A DNA stretch of 64,000 nt from a virus (IMGVR_UViG_3300045973_000170:62842-126841); one strand, 5' to 3'; counted from the first letter of the stretch, positions 28,640-37,386 are shown. Translations and numbers: made by a program. The notes: generated by a model not told the origin, from the letters alone.

Positions 28640-29299
28640 TTATAGTCCGTGTGTTGGCACCGTCCCTTGCTCTTCGGTACAACCAATCACGAAATAGCGT
28701 ACTGTTTGTCTATCGATTGCGGAAATTCCATGATACACCAGATAGACCACGAAAAGCGTCTTGATGTATTCTTTCACTTCTTCCGGAGAAGAGAACCCCA
28801 CCGGATGTTTAGTGTCCATCGCATACACCTTTCCTTCATACATCATTGATTCTGCGGTGGCATATGATTTCTTTTCTGCGGCCAACTCAAAGGACGATGT
28901 ACAGTGCTTAGGGATGGCGAACTTCACATCTGAATGTACCCACGCATCAAACGATGTAGTGTATGCAAAGTTTTCTTTCTCAATCACAAGCTTGTTACTT
29001 TCAAACATTTCGTTGAACTCAGCGATGGGCATTTCCTTTGCCCCATCTTCACTCCACACTTCCTCTGACGCTTCCATTTCGAGAATGTCGGTAGGGAGCA
29101 TGGATTCACTCGTTGCTGTCGTTGGATCAAAGTCCGAAGGAATCAGCTTCTTATCTTTGTTCTCAAGAGATTTCAGAAGCGGGTGCTTCTTTGACTCTTT
29201 CTTGGCCTTCGGCTCTGGCCCAACAGCTTCCTCATCTGTTCGGTGACCCCACACAAAAAGCTCTAATCCAAAAAGCTTGAAGTATTTCTCTATAATCAT
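28640..29299 (-). CDS. hypothetical protein
   Basis: 219-aa ORF. Confidence 0.45.
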   Translation of the reverse strand: MIIEKYFKLFGLELFVWGHRTDEEAVGPEPKAKKESKKHPLLKSLENKDKKLIPSDFDPTTATSESMLPTDILEMEASEEVWSEDGAKEMPIAEFNEMFESNKLVIEKENFAYTTSFDAWVHSDVKFAIPKHCTSSFELAAEKKSYATAESMMYEGKVYAMDTKHPVGFSSPEEVKEYIKTLFVVYLVYHGISAIDRQTVRYFVIGCTEEQGTVPTHGL

Positions 29300-29314
29300 T
29301 ACTGCCTCATGGTG

Positions 29315-29388
29315 ATTGATAACGCGCTCTGCGGGATTCGAACCCGCACTAATGGGGTTTAGAAGACCCCTTGACTATCCAGTTGCCG
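29315..29388 (-). tRNA. tRNA-Arg(UCU)
   Basis: T-arm GCGGGTTCGAATCCCGC, AC arm GGGGT-CTTCTAA-ACCCC. Confidence 0.65.
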
Positions 29389-29392
29389 AAAA

Positions 29393-29466
29393 GCGCATAG
29401 TGCCGCTGGTGGGCATCGAACCCACAAACAGAGGATTTTAAGTCCTCCCGATATGCCTGTTCTCGT
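29393..29466 (-). tRNA. tRNA with anticodon UAA (Leu-type codon) but short variable arm
   Basis: Perfect acceptor GCCGCTG/CAGCGGC; AC arm GAGGA-CTTAAAA-TCCTC; only 4-nt variable region. Confidence 0.5.
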
Positions 29467-29633
29467 ACAGCGGCATTTGTTCCACACAACGTCCGTTAAC
29501 TGTTTCTCTTACTAGAAGTCGGAGATTGTGACCCACCCACCTTGCCTTTTGCGACGATTCGTTCATTAGCGAGGACTGTCGAGGTTGCGCGGAACACAAC
29601 TAATCTAACCCAAGACACCGACGTTGTCAAGGG

Positions 29634-30233
29634 TTAGTCCAACCATTCGTGCTTGTAGGGGGTGATATCATCGTACAACTCTTCATCGTACTTGGCACGA
29701 TCCATGATGTTCTTGACCTTGTGGCGATAGTGCCGACTCCCTTCTCTCACGGTGTATCCATAGCGAGCTTTCCTTCCGTTATACGGCATTCTCCACATAA
29801 CCTGTTCCTGCTCGTACATCCGTTCGTGCTTGTAACACAGGTAATTGCGAATGTCGTAATTCCACAAATCACCGGGATAGTACGTCTGCTTGCGGAAGAA
29901 GTCGTAGAAATACATGTGGGTTCTCCACGGGTTCTTGGGGTTTTTGGCCCCATTGATCACATAGTGAGCATCCCCGTACAACCTCTTCCAATCCTCCTGC
30001 GCCCTCTTCTTAGCGGCCAGATACCCTTCCATGTCGTTCAGGATGGCCTTCTGGACATGCTTGCACTGTGGGCAGAAGTCCTCGTTTGTCTGGACAGTTC
30101 CATACAAGTAAGAACGATAGTACGGAATCTCCCACGCCTTCAAACCAGCATAGTAATCGATCTTCGTCCGATTGCGGGAACGCTTGATACGACCACTGTA
30201 ATCCTTGATCCACTTCTTGCTACCATGACTCAT
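29634..30233 (-). CDS. hypothetical protein
   Basis: 199-aa ORF rich in Y/R/K. Confidence 0.45.
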   Translation of the reverse strand: MSHGSKKWIKDYSGRIKRSRNRTKIDYYAGLKAWEIPYYRSYLYGTVQTNEDFCPQCKHVQKAILNDMEGYLAAKKRAQEDWKRLYGDAHYVINGAKNPKNPWRTHMYFYDFFRKQTYYPGDLWNYDIRNYLCYKHERMYEQEQVMWRMPYNGRKARYGYTVREGSRHYRHKVKNIMDRAKYDEELYDDITPYKHEWLD

Positions 30234-30268
30234 TAGTTCCTCCTGTTGAGATACCTAATACCCTATAG

Positions 30269-30739
30269 TCATGATGCCTCCTGTATGGGAATGTTGAAAT
30301 CCTCTGAGAGTCGCTTCCATGTTCGTGCTACAGCATTCTCTGGCCCATGCGGGTCTTCATCATCCCGCAAGTCTGTCACATAGAACTTCGAATAGTGGCC
30401 AGATTTGGCTAAAAGGAAGTCCTCATGCGCGTCTAATCTGTTCTCCACCCATACCCATGGGCGGGTTTCATCAAAGTCTACTGCCTCATTCTTGAAATTC
30501 CAAAAGCTCTTGGGGTTATCCCACTTTTGAAATTCTCTCCAATGAATTTGTCGTTCAAAACGGAGCCACAATGTCTTGGCTTGGTACTCATCCATCTTAC
30601 CACTTGGAATCCATCGTGTCAACCATCTGATTTCGAAATGTTCAGCACACCAGAGGAAGAATGCCTTGGCATTATGTACTGGTTCACCGTTCCACAGAAT
30701 TGTTTCGTCTAGGTCAAGATAGAGGATCGGCTTAGTCAA
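30269..30739 (-). CDS. HAD-superfamily phosphatase-like protein
   Basis: N-terminal LYLDLDETIL matches HAD motif I. Confidence 0.45.
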   Translation of the reverse strand: MTKPILYLDLDETILWNGEPVHNAKAFFLWCAEHFEIRWLTRWIPSGKMDEYQAKTLWLRFERQIHWREFQKWDNPKSFWNFKNEAVDFDETRPWVWVENRLDAHEDFLLAKSGHYSKFYVTDLRDDEDPHGPENAVARTWKRLSEDFNIPIQEAS

Positions 30740-31301
30740 TTTTTTCCCACCATACGTTAACGCGCAGTTGTGGAATTACAAGATATTCTTCACTTCGTTG
30801 ACAACAACGAGTTTCCATTCCATAGAAGTTCTTTTCAAACCCCATTTCCTGATAGCTATCATCTTCGAAGATGACATTCGCTTCAATTGCCGCATGTGCT
30901 TCTTCTTGTGTGGCATATCCGTTGTAATGATCAAAGATGTTACTATCAGAATGATCATATCGTTGCCGATGCATAGGGTGTACCAACCGCCCCTCTTCTG
31001 TCTTCTGAAAAATGAAATAGCGAACTTCACGGGATCGGTGTCGTTCAGCTATAAGCTTCTTTACTGGCTTCTTTTTCTTTGCAACCTTCTTTACAGCCTT
31101 GCGTATCTGTGGGCCACTCAAAGGTTTTGCAACATGAGTAGCTTTTGATGGCTTTCCGGTTGAGTGAACAACCTTCTTTGGTTTATCCCAATTTCTAAGC
31201 CCATTTGTGCGTTCCCAATTTGTTCCATGATACGCATCGTTCATGCAATCACTCACAATACCTCCATGATAAAGAACGGGCCGTATGGGGTTCGAACCCA
31301 T
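30732..31301 (-). CDS. hypothetical protein
   Basis: 189-aa ORF. Confidence 0.45.
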   Translation of the reverse strand: MGSNPIRPVLYHGGIVSDCMNDAYHGTNWERTNGLRNWDKPKKVVHSTGKPSKATHVAKPLSGPQIRKAVKKVAKKKKPVKKLIAERHRSREVRYFIFQKTEEGRLVHPMHRQRYDHSDSNIFDHYNGYATQEEAHAAIEANVIFEDDSYQEMGFEKNFYGMETRCCQRSEEYLVIPQLRVNVWWEKID

Positions 31302-31350
31302 CGTGTTCGCAGTGACAGTGCGGTGTCTTCACCTAGCAGACCCACGGCCC
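31267..31350 (-). tRNA. tRNA-Asp(GUC)
   Basis: Acceptor GGGCCGT/ACGGCCC, loop CTGTCAC. Confidence 0.7.
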
Positions 31351-31428
31351 TAAGCGTCCTTTTACCCCTTTAATGGACTCCCCAATTAAGAGGAAGGAAC
31401 TCTTTCGAGAAAGAACGAACATCCAAGT

Positions 31429-31503
31429 GGAGAATATGGGATTCGAACCCATCTGGTTAGCCGCATTGCAAGTGCGGTGTCCACCCCTAGCAGACCCATC
31501 CCC
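31429..31503 (-). tRNA. tRNA-like paralog of tRNA-Asp with Ala(UGC)-type anticodon arm; acceptor poorly paired (possible pseudo-tRNA)
   Basis: Shares D-arm GTCTGCTAGG and T-arm with 31267-31350; acceptor pairs only 4 of 7. Confidence 0.35.
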
Positions 31504-31506
31504 CAA

Positions 31507-32286
31507 CTATAACACTGACTCTATTGCCCTTGCATATGCCCTGAAGTCAGACTTGTACAAACCTGAAGCATTCGGGTTATTGAATTCGATGATCTTCATA
31601 TCCAGCGAATCATTCAATACGGCAATGTCAATCACAGCAACCTCATCCGGCGACCAGATATCGATCATCTTCTGAGCATAATCTACTACAATGTCATCCT
31701 GTTTGTCAAGTGCGCGACGAATCAATTTGTTGTCTTCGTTGTACATGGAACCCGTAATCATGCGCCCCTTGACCACAAAGAATCGATACTCACGAAAGAT
31801 ACTCTTGACCGTTGATACCTGAACTTTAGTCTCTGGTGCGATAGGAGAGTCACCCTTGAAGTAGAAAATCCTATCCTGCCATGCCACCAAGTTGTTGGTA
31901 TCTATGATTTCTCCGGTGAATGCCTTTCCATCGTCCACTGGACGAATGAAACGCTCTCCTTCGAAATGTGGAATATTCCCAAATGGGTGAATCTCTGAAT
32001 CCCCATTTAGCATATGATTTCCAAAAACTGCTCGCTGAACTTCGAAGTTAAGATTGTCGTTCCACCAGACACCTTTCAACCCCTTCTTCTTTCCCCACAT
32101 CGACAGATTCACAGAGCCATATGGTACGATGGGCATGTCCCTGTAGTTCTTTGGAAGCCCCTGTACGTTGTGAGTGAATGGACGAAGCTTGACATTCTTG
32201 AACGGAATGTTTTCTTCCGTGAGAATCTTAGCTATCACTTCTCTTTCCACTTCGTGAATCGCTGTTTGTAGAATCCAAAATGCCAT
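31507..32286 (-). CDS. hypothetical protein (possible ATP-grasp-like fold)
   Basis: 259-aa ORF; weak resemblance only. Confidence 0.4.
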   Translation of the reverse strand: MAFWILQTAIHEVEREVIAKILTEENIPFKNVKLRPFTHNVQGLPKNYRDMPIVPYGSVNLSMWGKKKGLKGVWWNDNLNFEVQRAVFGNHMLNGDSEIHPFGNIPHFEGERFIRPVDDGKAFTGEIIDTNNLVAWQDRIFYFKGDSPIAPETKVQVSTVKSIFREYRFFVVKGRMITGSMYNEDNKLIRRALDKQDDIVVDYAQKMIDIWSPDEVAVIDIAVLNDSLDMKIIEFNNPNASGLYKSDFRAYARAIESVL

Positions 32287-32296
32287 GATATTCTCC

Positions 32297-32369
32297 TAAC
32301 GCACCGTGAAAGAATCGAACTTTCCTGTGTCGGTTTAACAGACCGCCCCTATCCCAGACGAGGCAACAG
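32297..32369 (-). tRNA. tRNA-Asn(GUU)
   Basis: Loop CTGTTAA. Confidence 0.55.
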
Positions 32370-32754
32370 TGCTTACTTTTTTCTCAAACCTTTCTAGATA
32401 TGCAACAGCTTTCCTTGCACCATCTAAATCATCACCCAACTTTCCCATTCCCACATTACAATCGTCACAAATCCAGCCGCGCATCAAGTCAGTCACATAA
32501 TCATGATCTAACACCCAGACTGTCAATACCTTTCCACAACAATCACAAGTTGGTGGCTTTGGTGGTGCATTTTTCTTTAGCTTTGCCCTGTGCCGTGCAA
32601 CTCTTTTGATGCATGTCCTACACCGAGAATCAAGATTGTCTTCATGGTGAATGTGTTTTGGAAATTGATCAAGGGGTTTCTCAACCCCACAGATTCCACA
32701 CACTTTTGTTGCAAAGTACTCTTGCTCTTCACCCGTCAAGACATTGATCATCAC
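32335..32754 (-). CDS. endonuclease VII-like (His-Me finger) protein
   Basis: LDHDYVTDLMRGWICDDCNVGMGKLGDD matches EndoVII DHDH..RG.LC..CN..LG signature; 3' end overlaps tRNA 32297-32369 so real stop may be earlier. Confidence 0.55.
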   Translation of the reverse strand: MMINVLTGEEQEYFATKVCGICGVEKPLDQFPKHIHHEDNLDSRCRTCIKRVARHRAKLKKNAPPKPPTCDCCGKVLTVWVLDHDYVTDLMRGWICDDCNVGMGKLGDDLDGARKAVAYLERFEKKVSTVASSGIGAVC

Positions 32755-32776
32755 ATTCTCTCATAGTGTTAAGATC

Positions 32777-32852
32777 ATCGGATGGGATTCGAACCCATGT
32801 AGGCTTACGCCACAGATTAACAGTCTGCCACCTAGCCGCTAGGTTACCGATG
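32777..32852 (-). tRNA. tRNA with anticodon GUU and 13-nt variable arm (atypical)
   Basis: Perfect acceptor TCATCGG/CCGATGA; AC arm GCAGA-CTGTTAA-TCTGT; variable GGCGTAAGCCTAC. Confidence 0.45.
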
Positions 32853-32932
32853 AATGCTTACTTCAAGTGGGCATAGTTGGAATCGAACCAACGTGTCGCC
32901 TCCTATCCTTTCAACGGCTTATCAGACCGAGG
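32851..32932 (-). tRNA. atypical tRNA-like element (no D-arm; anticodon-like loop CTGATAA), paralog of 39194-39270
   Basis: Acceptor GGGCGTA/TATGCCC and T-arm GTTGGTTCGATTCCAAC; conserved 3' half TTGAAAGGATAGGAGGCGACACG. Confidence 0.35.
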
Positions 32933-33130
32933 GAATATACGCCCAAGCTTTTTCTTTTTCTTCTGTAGATTTATGTACTTTACATTTGGATAGAACCAAG
33001 TGCAACCACACTTATTACAACATCCTTCACCAGCAAAATGAGTCTTGCTGACATGTCCACAATCACATTTCACGTTACCGTGTGCCATGATATCTCCATG
33101 TTCAGTGGGGGAAGAGGGAATCGAACCCAC
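32903..33130 (-). CDS. small Cys-rich (zinc-ribbon) protein
   Basis: CDCGH ... CCNKCGC motifs; C-terminal region overlaps tRNA-like element. Confidence 0.3.
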   Translation of the reverse strand: MGSIPSSPTEHGDIMAHGNVKCDCGHVSKTHFAGEGCCNKCGCTWFYPNVKYINLQKKKKKLGRIFPRSDKPLKG

Positions 33131-33194
33131 AACGCCTAATTAAAGAAACAGATTTACAGTCTGGTGTGACCAACCAATAGTCACCTTACCCCCG
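33108..33194 (-). tRNA. tRNA-Tyr(GUA)
   Basis: D-arm GTGACTATTGGTTGGTCAC, loop CTGTAAA, long variable arm. Confidence 0.6.
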
Positions 33195-33294
33195 ACACCT
33201 AAGTGTTTCGGCCCACATGGGCCTCATCAGGAGGGTGAAGTGATGGATACGGTCTAGATGCCAGTTCCCCGTATTTACGCGCCCATCTAACGTG

Positions 33295-33750
33295 CTACCA
33301 ACCAAAGTACTTCTTGATTTCCTTCTCAATGTCCAGAGATTCGCCAGTGAATTGGAAGGCGTTCACAATCGCCTTTGCTCCATCCATAGCTTCTCTTTCC
33401 ATCATGTTAGCATTGTGTATACTCAATTCCCTACGCTTGCGGAACACATCAAGAACGATGTGCCAAATGTATGTTGGGAAGAAACCCCAACCGTGATTCA
33501 TCCGACGATACTGATATCCGTGGATACATTCTTCCACCAAAATCTTTACATCAATCAGGAGGAACAAGTCTGGGTTCACCCTAATCTTATCACCCCATGT
33601 GTATGCCGGGGTCATTGACCCAAGAATATATGGAGTAGTCGGCCACATTTCTACCACCTTCATGCCCTTCGGGACGATGCAAAATGTCCCAAACATCTTC
33701 AAGGTCTGTCTTCCATCCAGCGATGGTACTTCTCTATCCTTGACCTTCAT
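33295..33750 (-). CDS. hypothetical protein
   Basis: 151-aa ORF. Confidence 0.45.
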   Translation of the reverse strand: MKVKDREVPSLDGRQTLKMFGTFCIVPKGMKVVEMWPTTPYILGSMTPAYTWGDKIRVNPDLFLLIDVKILVEECIHGYQYRRMNHGWGFFPTYIWHIVLDVFRKRRELSIHNANMMEREAMDGAKAIVNAFQFTGESLDIEKEIKKYFGW

Positions 33751-34242
33751 AACGCCTCACTACGAGAAGGTACGCCTCCAATGCTTTAGCGCGAAAGTGC
33801 AAATCCTTTGTACTCGCGCCACTCTCTGCCAGTGCGATAATCTCTTCACAAAGTTTGATGGCGATATTCTGCGTTTCACTCATCTTTGCTCTCCTTTTTC
33901 TTCATTTTGCGGCGACAACTCAAACAGGCTGTTCCCTTTTCCTTTACCGTCTTTGTGCATCCGTAGATGCCTTGGCAGAGATATCTTCCGTTTGTCGTTT
34001 CCGGCATACGTTCAGGGTGCCAAGCCCAATTACCACTCATAGTACCTCCGCTACCCCAATGATCTTCACATCTGAATCGATGTACTGCTTATCCAATTCT
34101 TCAGTACTCAGATTTGTGAGCGATTCAAGGGTTTCTCTGCCAACTTCTAGTGCTTCGGCAATCGTTGCCGCCCTCACCATATGATCCTTGTACAACACAA
34201 TTTTGGTACTGATAACAAATTCCTTCATGAAGACCTCCTTCA

Positions 34243-34336
34243 GTTAATGGCGGGTGTGGGAGTCGAACACCACTATCTTGAGGTTATGAGTCTCAAATGA
34301 TTAGGCAATCTTTCGAAAGCCGATCCGTTTCACTCT
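34243..34336 (-). tRNA. tRNA-Met(CAU)-like paralog carrying ~23-nt insertion in D-loop
   Basis: AC arm TTGAG(A)-CTCATAA-(C)CTCAA nearly identical to 34357-34426; extra GGCTTTCGAAAGATTGCC hairpin in D region. Confidence 0.4.
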
Positions 34337-34356
34337 CCCGCTATAGAAGCTCGCCA

Positions 34357-34426
34357 AGGATTCGAACCTTGCTCTTGAGGTTATGAGCCTCAAATGACCC
34401 CGTTCACTTGCCAGCTATGAAAGTAC
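34357..34426 (-). tRNA. tRNA-Met(CAU)
   Basis: AC arm TTGAGG-CTCATAA-CCTCAA, T-arm CAAGGTTCGAATCCTTG. Confidence 0.6.
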
Positions 34427-34433
34427 CAGTAGA

Positions 34434-34505
34434 CAGATTCGAACTGACGATGGAAGCTTATGAGGCTCCTGCCTTAGGCCGCTTGGCTATACTGGCGTAA
34501 TGTTG
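34434..34505 (-). tRNA. tRNA with CAU anticodon (Met or Ile2)
   Basis: AC arm GGAGC-CTCATAA-GCTTC. Confidence 0.6.
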
Positions 34506-34586
34506 GTAGCTTGATCATTGCAGGGAGTAGTCAATTTCGAGGGATTGCTTACTATCTACAAAACCCCAATTGCTCATTCTCCTTTT

Positions 34587-34660
34587 CCCAACACAGTGGA
34601 CACAGAGAGATTTGAACTCCCGATCACGGCATGTCGAGCCGTCGCTTTAGACCAAACTGA
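34587..34660 (-). tRNA. tRNA-Val(GAC)
   Basis: D-arm GCTCAGTTTGGTCTAAAGC, AC arm ACGGC-TCGACAT-GCCGT. Confidence 0.55.
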
Positions 34661-34857
34661 GCTATGCGTCCTTCTTTGTATCATTTCTCATTTGAATTGC
34701 TTCTAACACCTGTTCAAACAATTCAGCGGTGAACTGTGAAACTGGAATTTCAGAACAACCCAAAATACCTTTTACACGATCACCAGTTTCTTGATATTCT
34801 TCAATCGTTGCCAATCTCATGTGATTCTCCATGGTTGTATTTATGCAAGTGCCGCCT

Positions 34858-34930
34858 CAGGGGATCGAACCCTATTCTCGCCCTCTTCAGGGGCGCGTTA
34901 TCACCAGACCTACGCAAGCGGCGTGTTGTT
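34858..34930 (-). tRNA. tRNA-Phe(GAA)
   Basis: AC arm CGCCC-CTGAAGA-GGGCG. Confidence 0.65.
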
Positions 34931-35279
34931 GGTAGCCTGATCAAGGCAGGGGTGTCTAATTCTATCGCACCGGATTCAGTTGTGAGCGTTCATGACAACC
35001 CCACTCCCTATCCATTAGCTCAAAAAGAACCGATCTGAGTTAGTCAAGTTGTACCCAAACCATTTACCCTTTTCCCAACAAAGTGAAGGTGGTAGTCTGC
35101 CACAAACCCCGCTAAGAGAATGTGGGCAAACGGGGAACGGAACGGATAATGTAGCTATTGGCCTGTTGTTAGCGTTCATGGTACGAGCATACGTTCTGCC
35201 TCATCCAATCAGACACTATCAGCAATCCTAACTGCACGGCTATCGTATCTTCCCGTACAGTATTTCCTTTTCCCACCAG

Positions 35280-35355
35280 TAGCGAATGAGAGATTCGAAC
35301 TCTCATGGTGTCCTCATCCCGAATGAGGCGGCTTATCCTGTTAGCCCAATCCGCT
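35280..35355 (-). tRNA. tRNA-Pro(CGG)
   Basis: D-arm GGCTAACAGGATAAGCC, AC arm CCTCA-TTCGGGA-TGAGG, T-arm GAGAGTTCGAATCTCTC. Confidence 0.65.
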
Positions 35356-36330
35356 AGAATTTGTGAGGGGTTGAGAATACACCCATCGTGGCTGTCCTTT
35401 CAAGGGATTATGAACCAGTGTCCCCACCGATCTTTCCCCTCTTTTCCACTTCCGCGAGGAAGTTGACAACCGAAGCAGTTCTCTTTAAGGTCTGAACAGT
35501 ATGACCGTCATCTAGTGCTACTCAACCTTTTCTCTACCACCGACCTTGCGAGCCGTTCGGAGTCGCTAAACCCCTATGTGCGAGTCTGGATCGAAGATTG
35601 TCGGGCTTGGGGCCGTTCAATCTGCCCTCTTCCTTGCGGGAAGGCATTATGCCACTTTTGGCACTTAGACCGAGGAAGTCTTTCCTTTTTATATTCTCTT
35701 TATCTCAATTAAAGTGGGCTGTTAACCCTGAATGTGAACTTTGAGTGAAGTGCTTCCTCAGTTGTTCCAATAGCTTTTGGCTATCAGAATGCAACACTCC
35801 ACGGCTACCGTTCGCCTTGCTCTGGCTACTTGATCATGCTTCTGGATTTAGGGCGAAGCTATTGAGAATAGCACTTCGCTCAAACCTCATGACATTCACG
35901 GAAAGCCCTATGGTGCAACCCATCGGACAATCTTGCGTGTATCCGTTACCGATCCGTTTTCGAATAGTTGGTTGTGTGCAGTACCCGACACCACTCGTCA
36001 GTCTTCGTTACTTGCCTTCCCTTGCGGGGGCGTCAGCAACGCTTTCTTCTGCACCTACTCTTCAAACATATCTCCACCTTCTTAGGGATGAAGCGGGGAT
36101 GTTCGAATATCCCCTCAGTCGGACTTGTTTGGATGAACCAACCTTGCGGCTGGCGGGGGTTACAAAGATAAGCCCCTTTATGCACCTTACGATGCACTGC
36201 TCTTTGGGAGTCCAAACACCCCAATTTCCTACTTCTCAATCAGCCTCCACCATGTGGGAGTCCCGTCATCGCCTTGGTAAGCTTTACCTCACCAACTAGC
36301 TGGTAGGTTTCTCCCTCTGTTTCTGAAGGA
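35356..36330 (-). ncRNA. ~1 kb ORF-free structured RNA with co-linear islands of small-subunit rRNA similarity
   Basis: No minus-strand ORF. TTGACA-N17-TAGCTT promoter at 36335-36363. GNRA-type hairpins (CCCGCAAGGG, CGCAAG, CTTCGG). Minus-sense segments match universal 16S blocks in 16S order. Confidence 0.5.
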
Positions 36331-36334
36331 CAAC

Positions 36335-36363
36335 TCCTTCGAAACCATGAATGAAGCTAACAC
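36335..36363 (-). promoter_or_regulatory. sigma70-like promoter (TTGACA-17-TAGCTT) driving the rRNA-like ncRNA
   Basis: Motif on minus strand immediately upstream of ORF-free region. Confidence 0.45.
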
Positions 36364-36367
36364 CTTG

Positions 36368-36805
36368 TTAGTCTCTTGTCAAGCCCCTGAACGAATTTTG
36401 TTCCGAAGGAATCACATCAAATGAAGAAATCTCGTAGTCATCTTGTATTTCGTTGACACCTGTTTCTTCATTCAACTTCAAAGACCCAATCCCGCGAGGA
36501 ACAACCGTAAGGTCAAATCCATTTTCCAACATATCCTTAAGGACTTTCCCCTGCGGGGTGTCCAAGACTTCAATTTCTGCATCAACGATATCACCATCCC
36601 ATGAAAAGGATGTTACCATATGTGAAACGTTCTTAAGGTTGATTGTGGGGGTTTCCCCTACTCCCAACTCACCTAAGGCTCTCCTATCCTTAACATACTT
36701 CTCTTCGTATTCTTTGAGAGCCTTTTCAAAGACTGCCCGTGGATAGATACGATGGTTTAGATTTGGCTTATCTACCACCATTACTGGCCCGACAATGATT
36801 TTCAT
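36368..36805 (-). CDS. hypothetical protein
   Basis: 145-aa ORF. Confidence 0.45.
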   Translation of the reverse strand: MKIIVGPVMVVDKPNLNHRIYPRAVFEKALKEYEEKYVKDRRALGELGVGETPTINLKNVSHMVTSFSWDGDIVDAEIEVLDTPQGKVLKDMLENGFDLTVVPRGIGSLKLNEETGVNEIQDDYEISSFDVIPSEQNSFRGLTRD

Positions 36806-37299
36806 CGATCATCCTTTAGCAAGTCATTAAGAACATCCCACATTTTCAACACAGGATAGCTCGCCATCCCAATGGGCTGTCGAAGAGCCTCTTGAAACGC
36901 CACATGTTCATTGCGATACATGTCAATCTTTCCACCACTCTCTACGTTGGCGATACGGTCTGCCAACTTAATCATGATGGCATAAGTACCGTATTCAAGA
37001 ATCTTGGGATACTGAATCGCATGTTTCTCTTTGCGAGTCCCCGTCTTTGGATTCGTGACGGCCAACACCAAATCTGCAATGTGTGGGCCAAACTCCCATG
37101 CCAACTCGCCATACTCTGTGTCTGTGTCTTCCAACACATCGTGCAAGGCTCCCGCCGAAACAACAATATGCGGGGCGTTGAACTCATGAAGGATGCTCAC
37201 CACACATGCTAGATGCACCATGTACGGAACACCTTCCCCGTACTTTTGATCACCGTGTTTCACGGCGACATAATGCAATGCTTTTTGAATGACTCTCAC
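36802..37299 (-). CDS. HD-domain phosphohydrolase (SpoT/Mesh1-like ppGpp hydrolase fold)
   Basis: HGDQ ... HL ... GALHDVLEDT motif set. Confidence 0.6.
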   Translation of the reverse strand: MRVIQKALHYVAVKHGDQKYGEGVPYMVHLACVVSILHEFNAPHIVVSAGALHDVLEDTDTEYGELAWEFGPHIADLVLAVTNPKTGTRKEKHAIQYPKILEYGTYAIMIKLADRIANVESGGKIDMYRNEHVAFQEALRQPIGMASYPVLKMWDVLNDLLKDDR

Positions 37300-37315
37300 A
37301 ATACCTCCATGATTA

Positions 37316-37386
37316 GAAAGCGGGTGACGGGGATCGAACCCGTGATTTCATCCTTGGCAAGGATGCACATTACCACTCTGCTACAC
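37316..37386 (-). tRNA. tRNA-Gly(GCC)
   Basis: Acceptor GCGGGTG/CACCCGC, AC arm CATCC-TTGCCAA-GGATG. Confidence 0.7.

Noticed and set aside
33196-33294. GGCCCACATGGGCC palindrome as terminator
   Set aside because: No U-tract follows on either strand. It may be a protein-binding site, but the evidence is insufficient.
35745-36299. 184-aa plus-strand ORF inside the rRNA-like region
   Set aside because: It is on the wrong strand relative to the promoter, has no RBS, and lies within a GNRA-hairpin-rich RNA. It is treated as a non-coding artefact.
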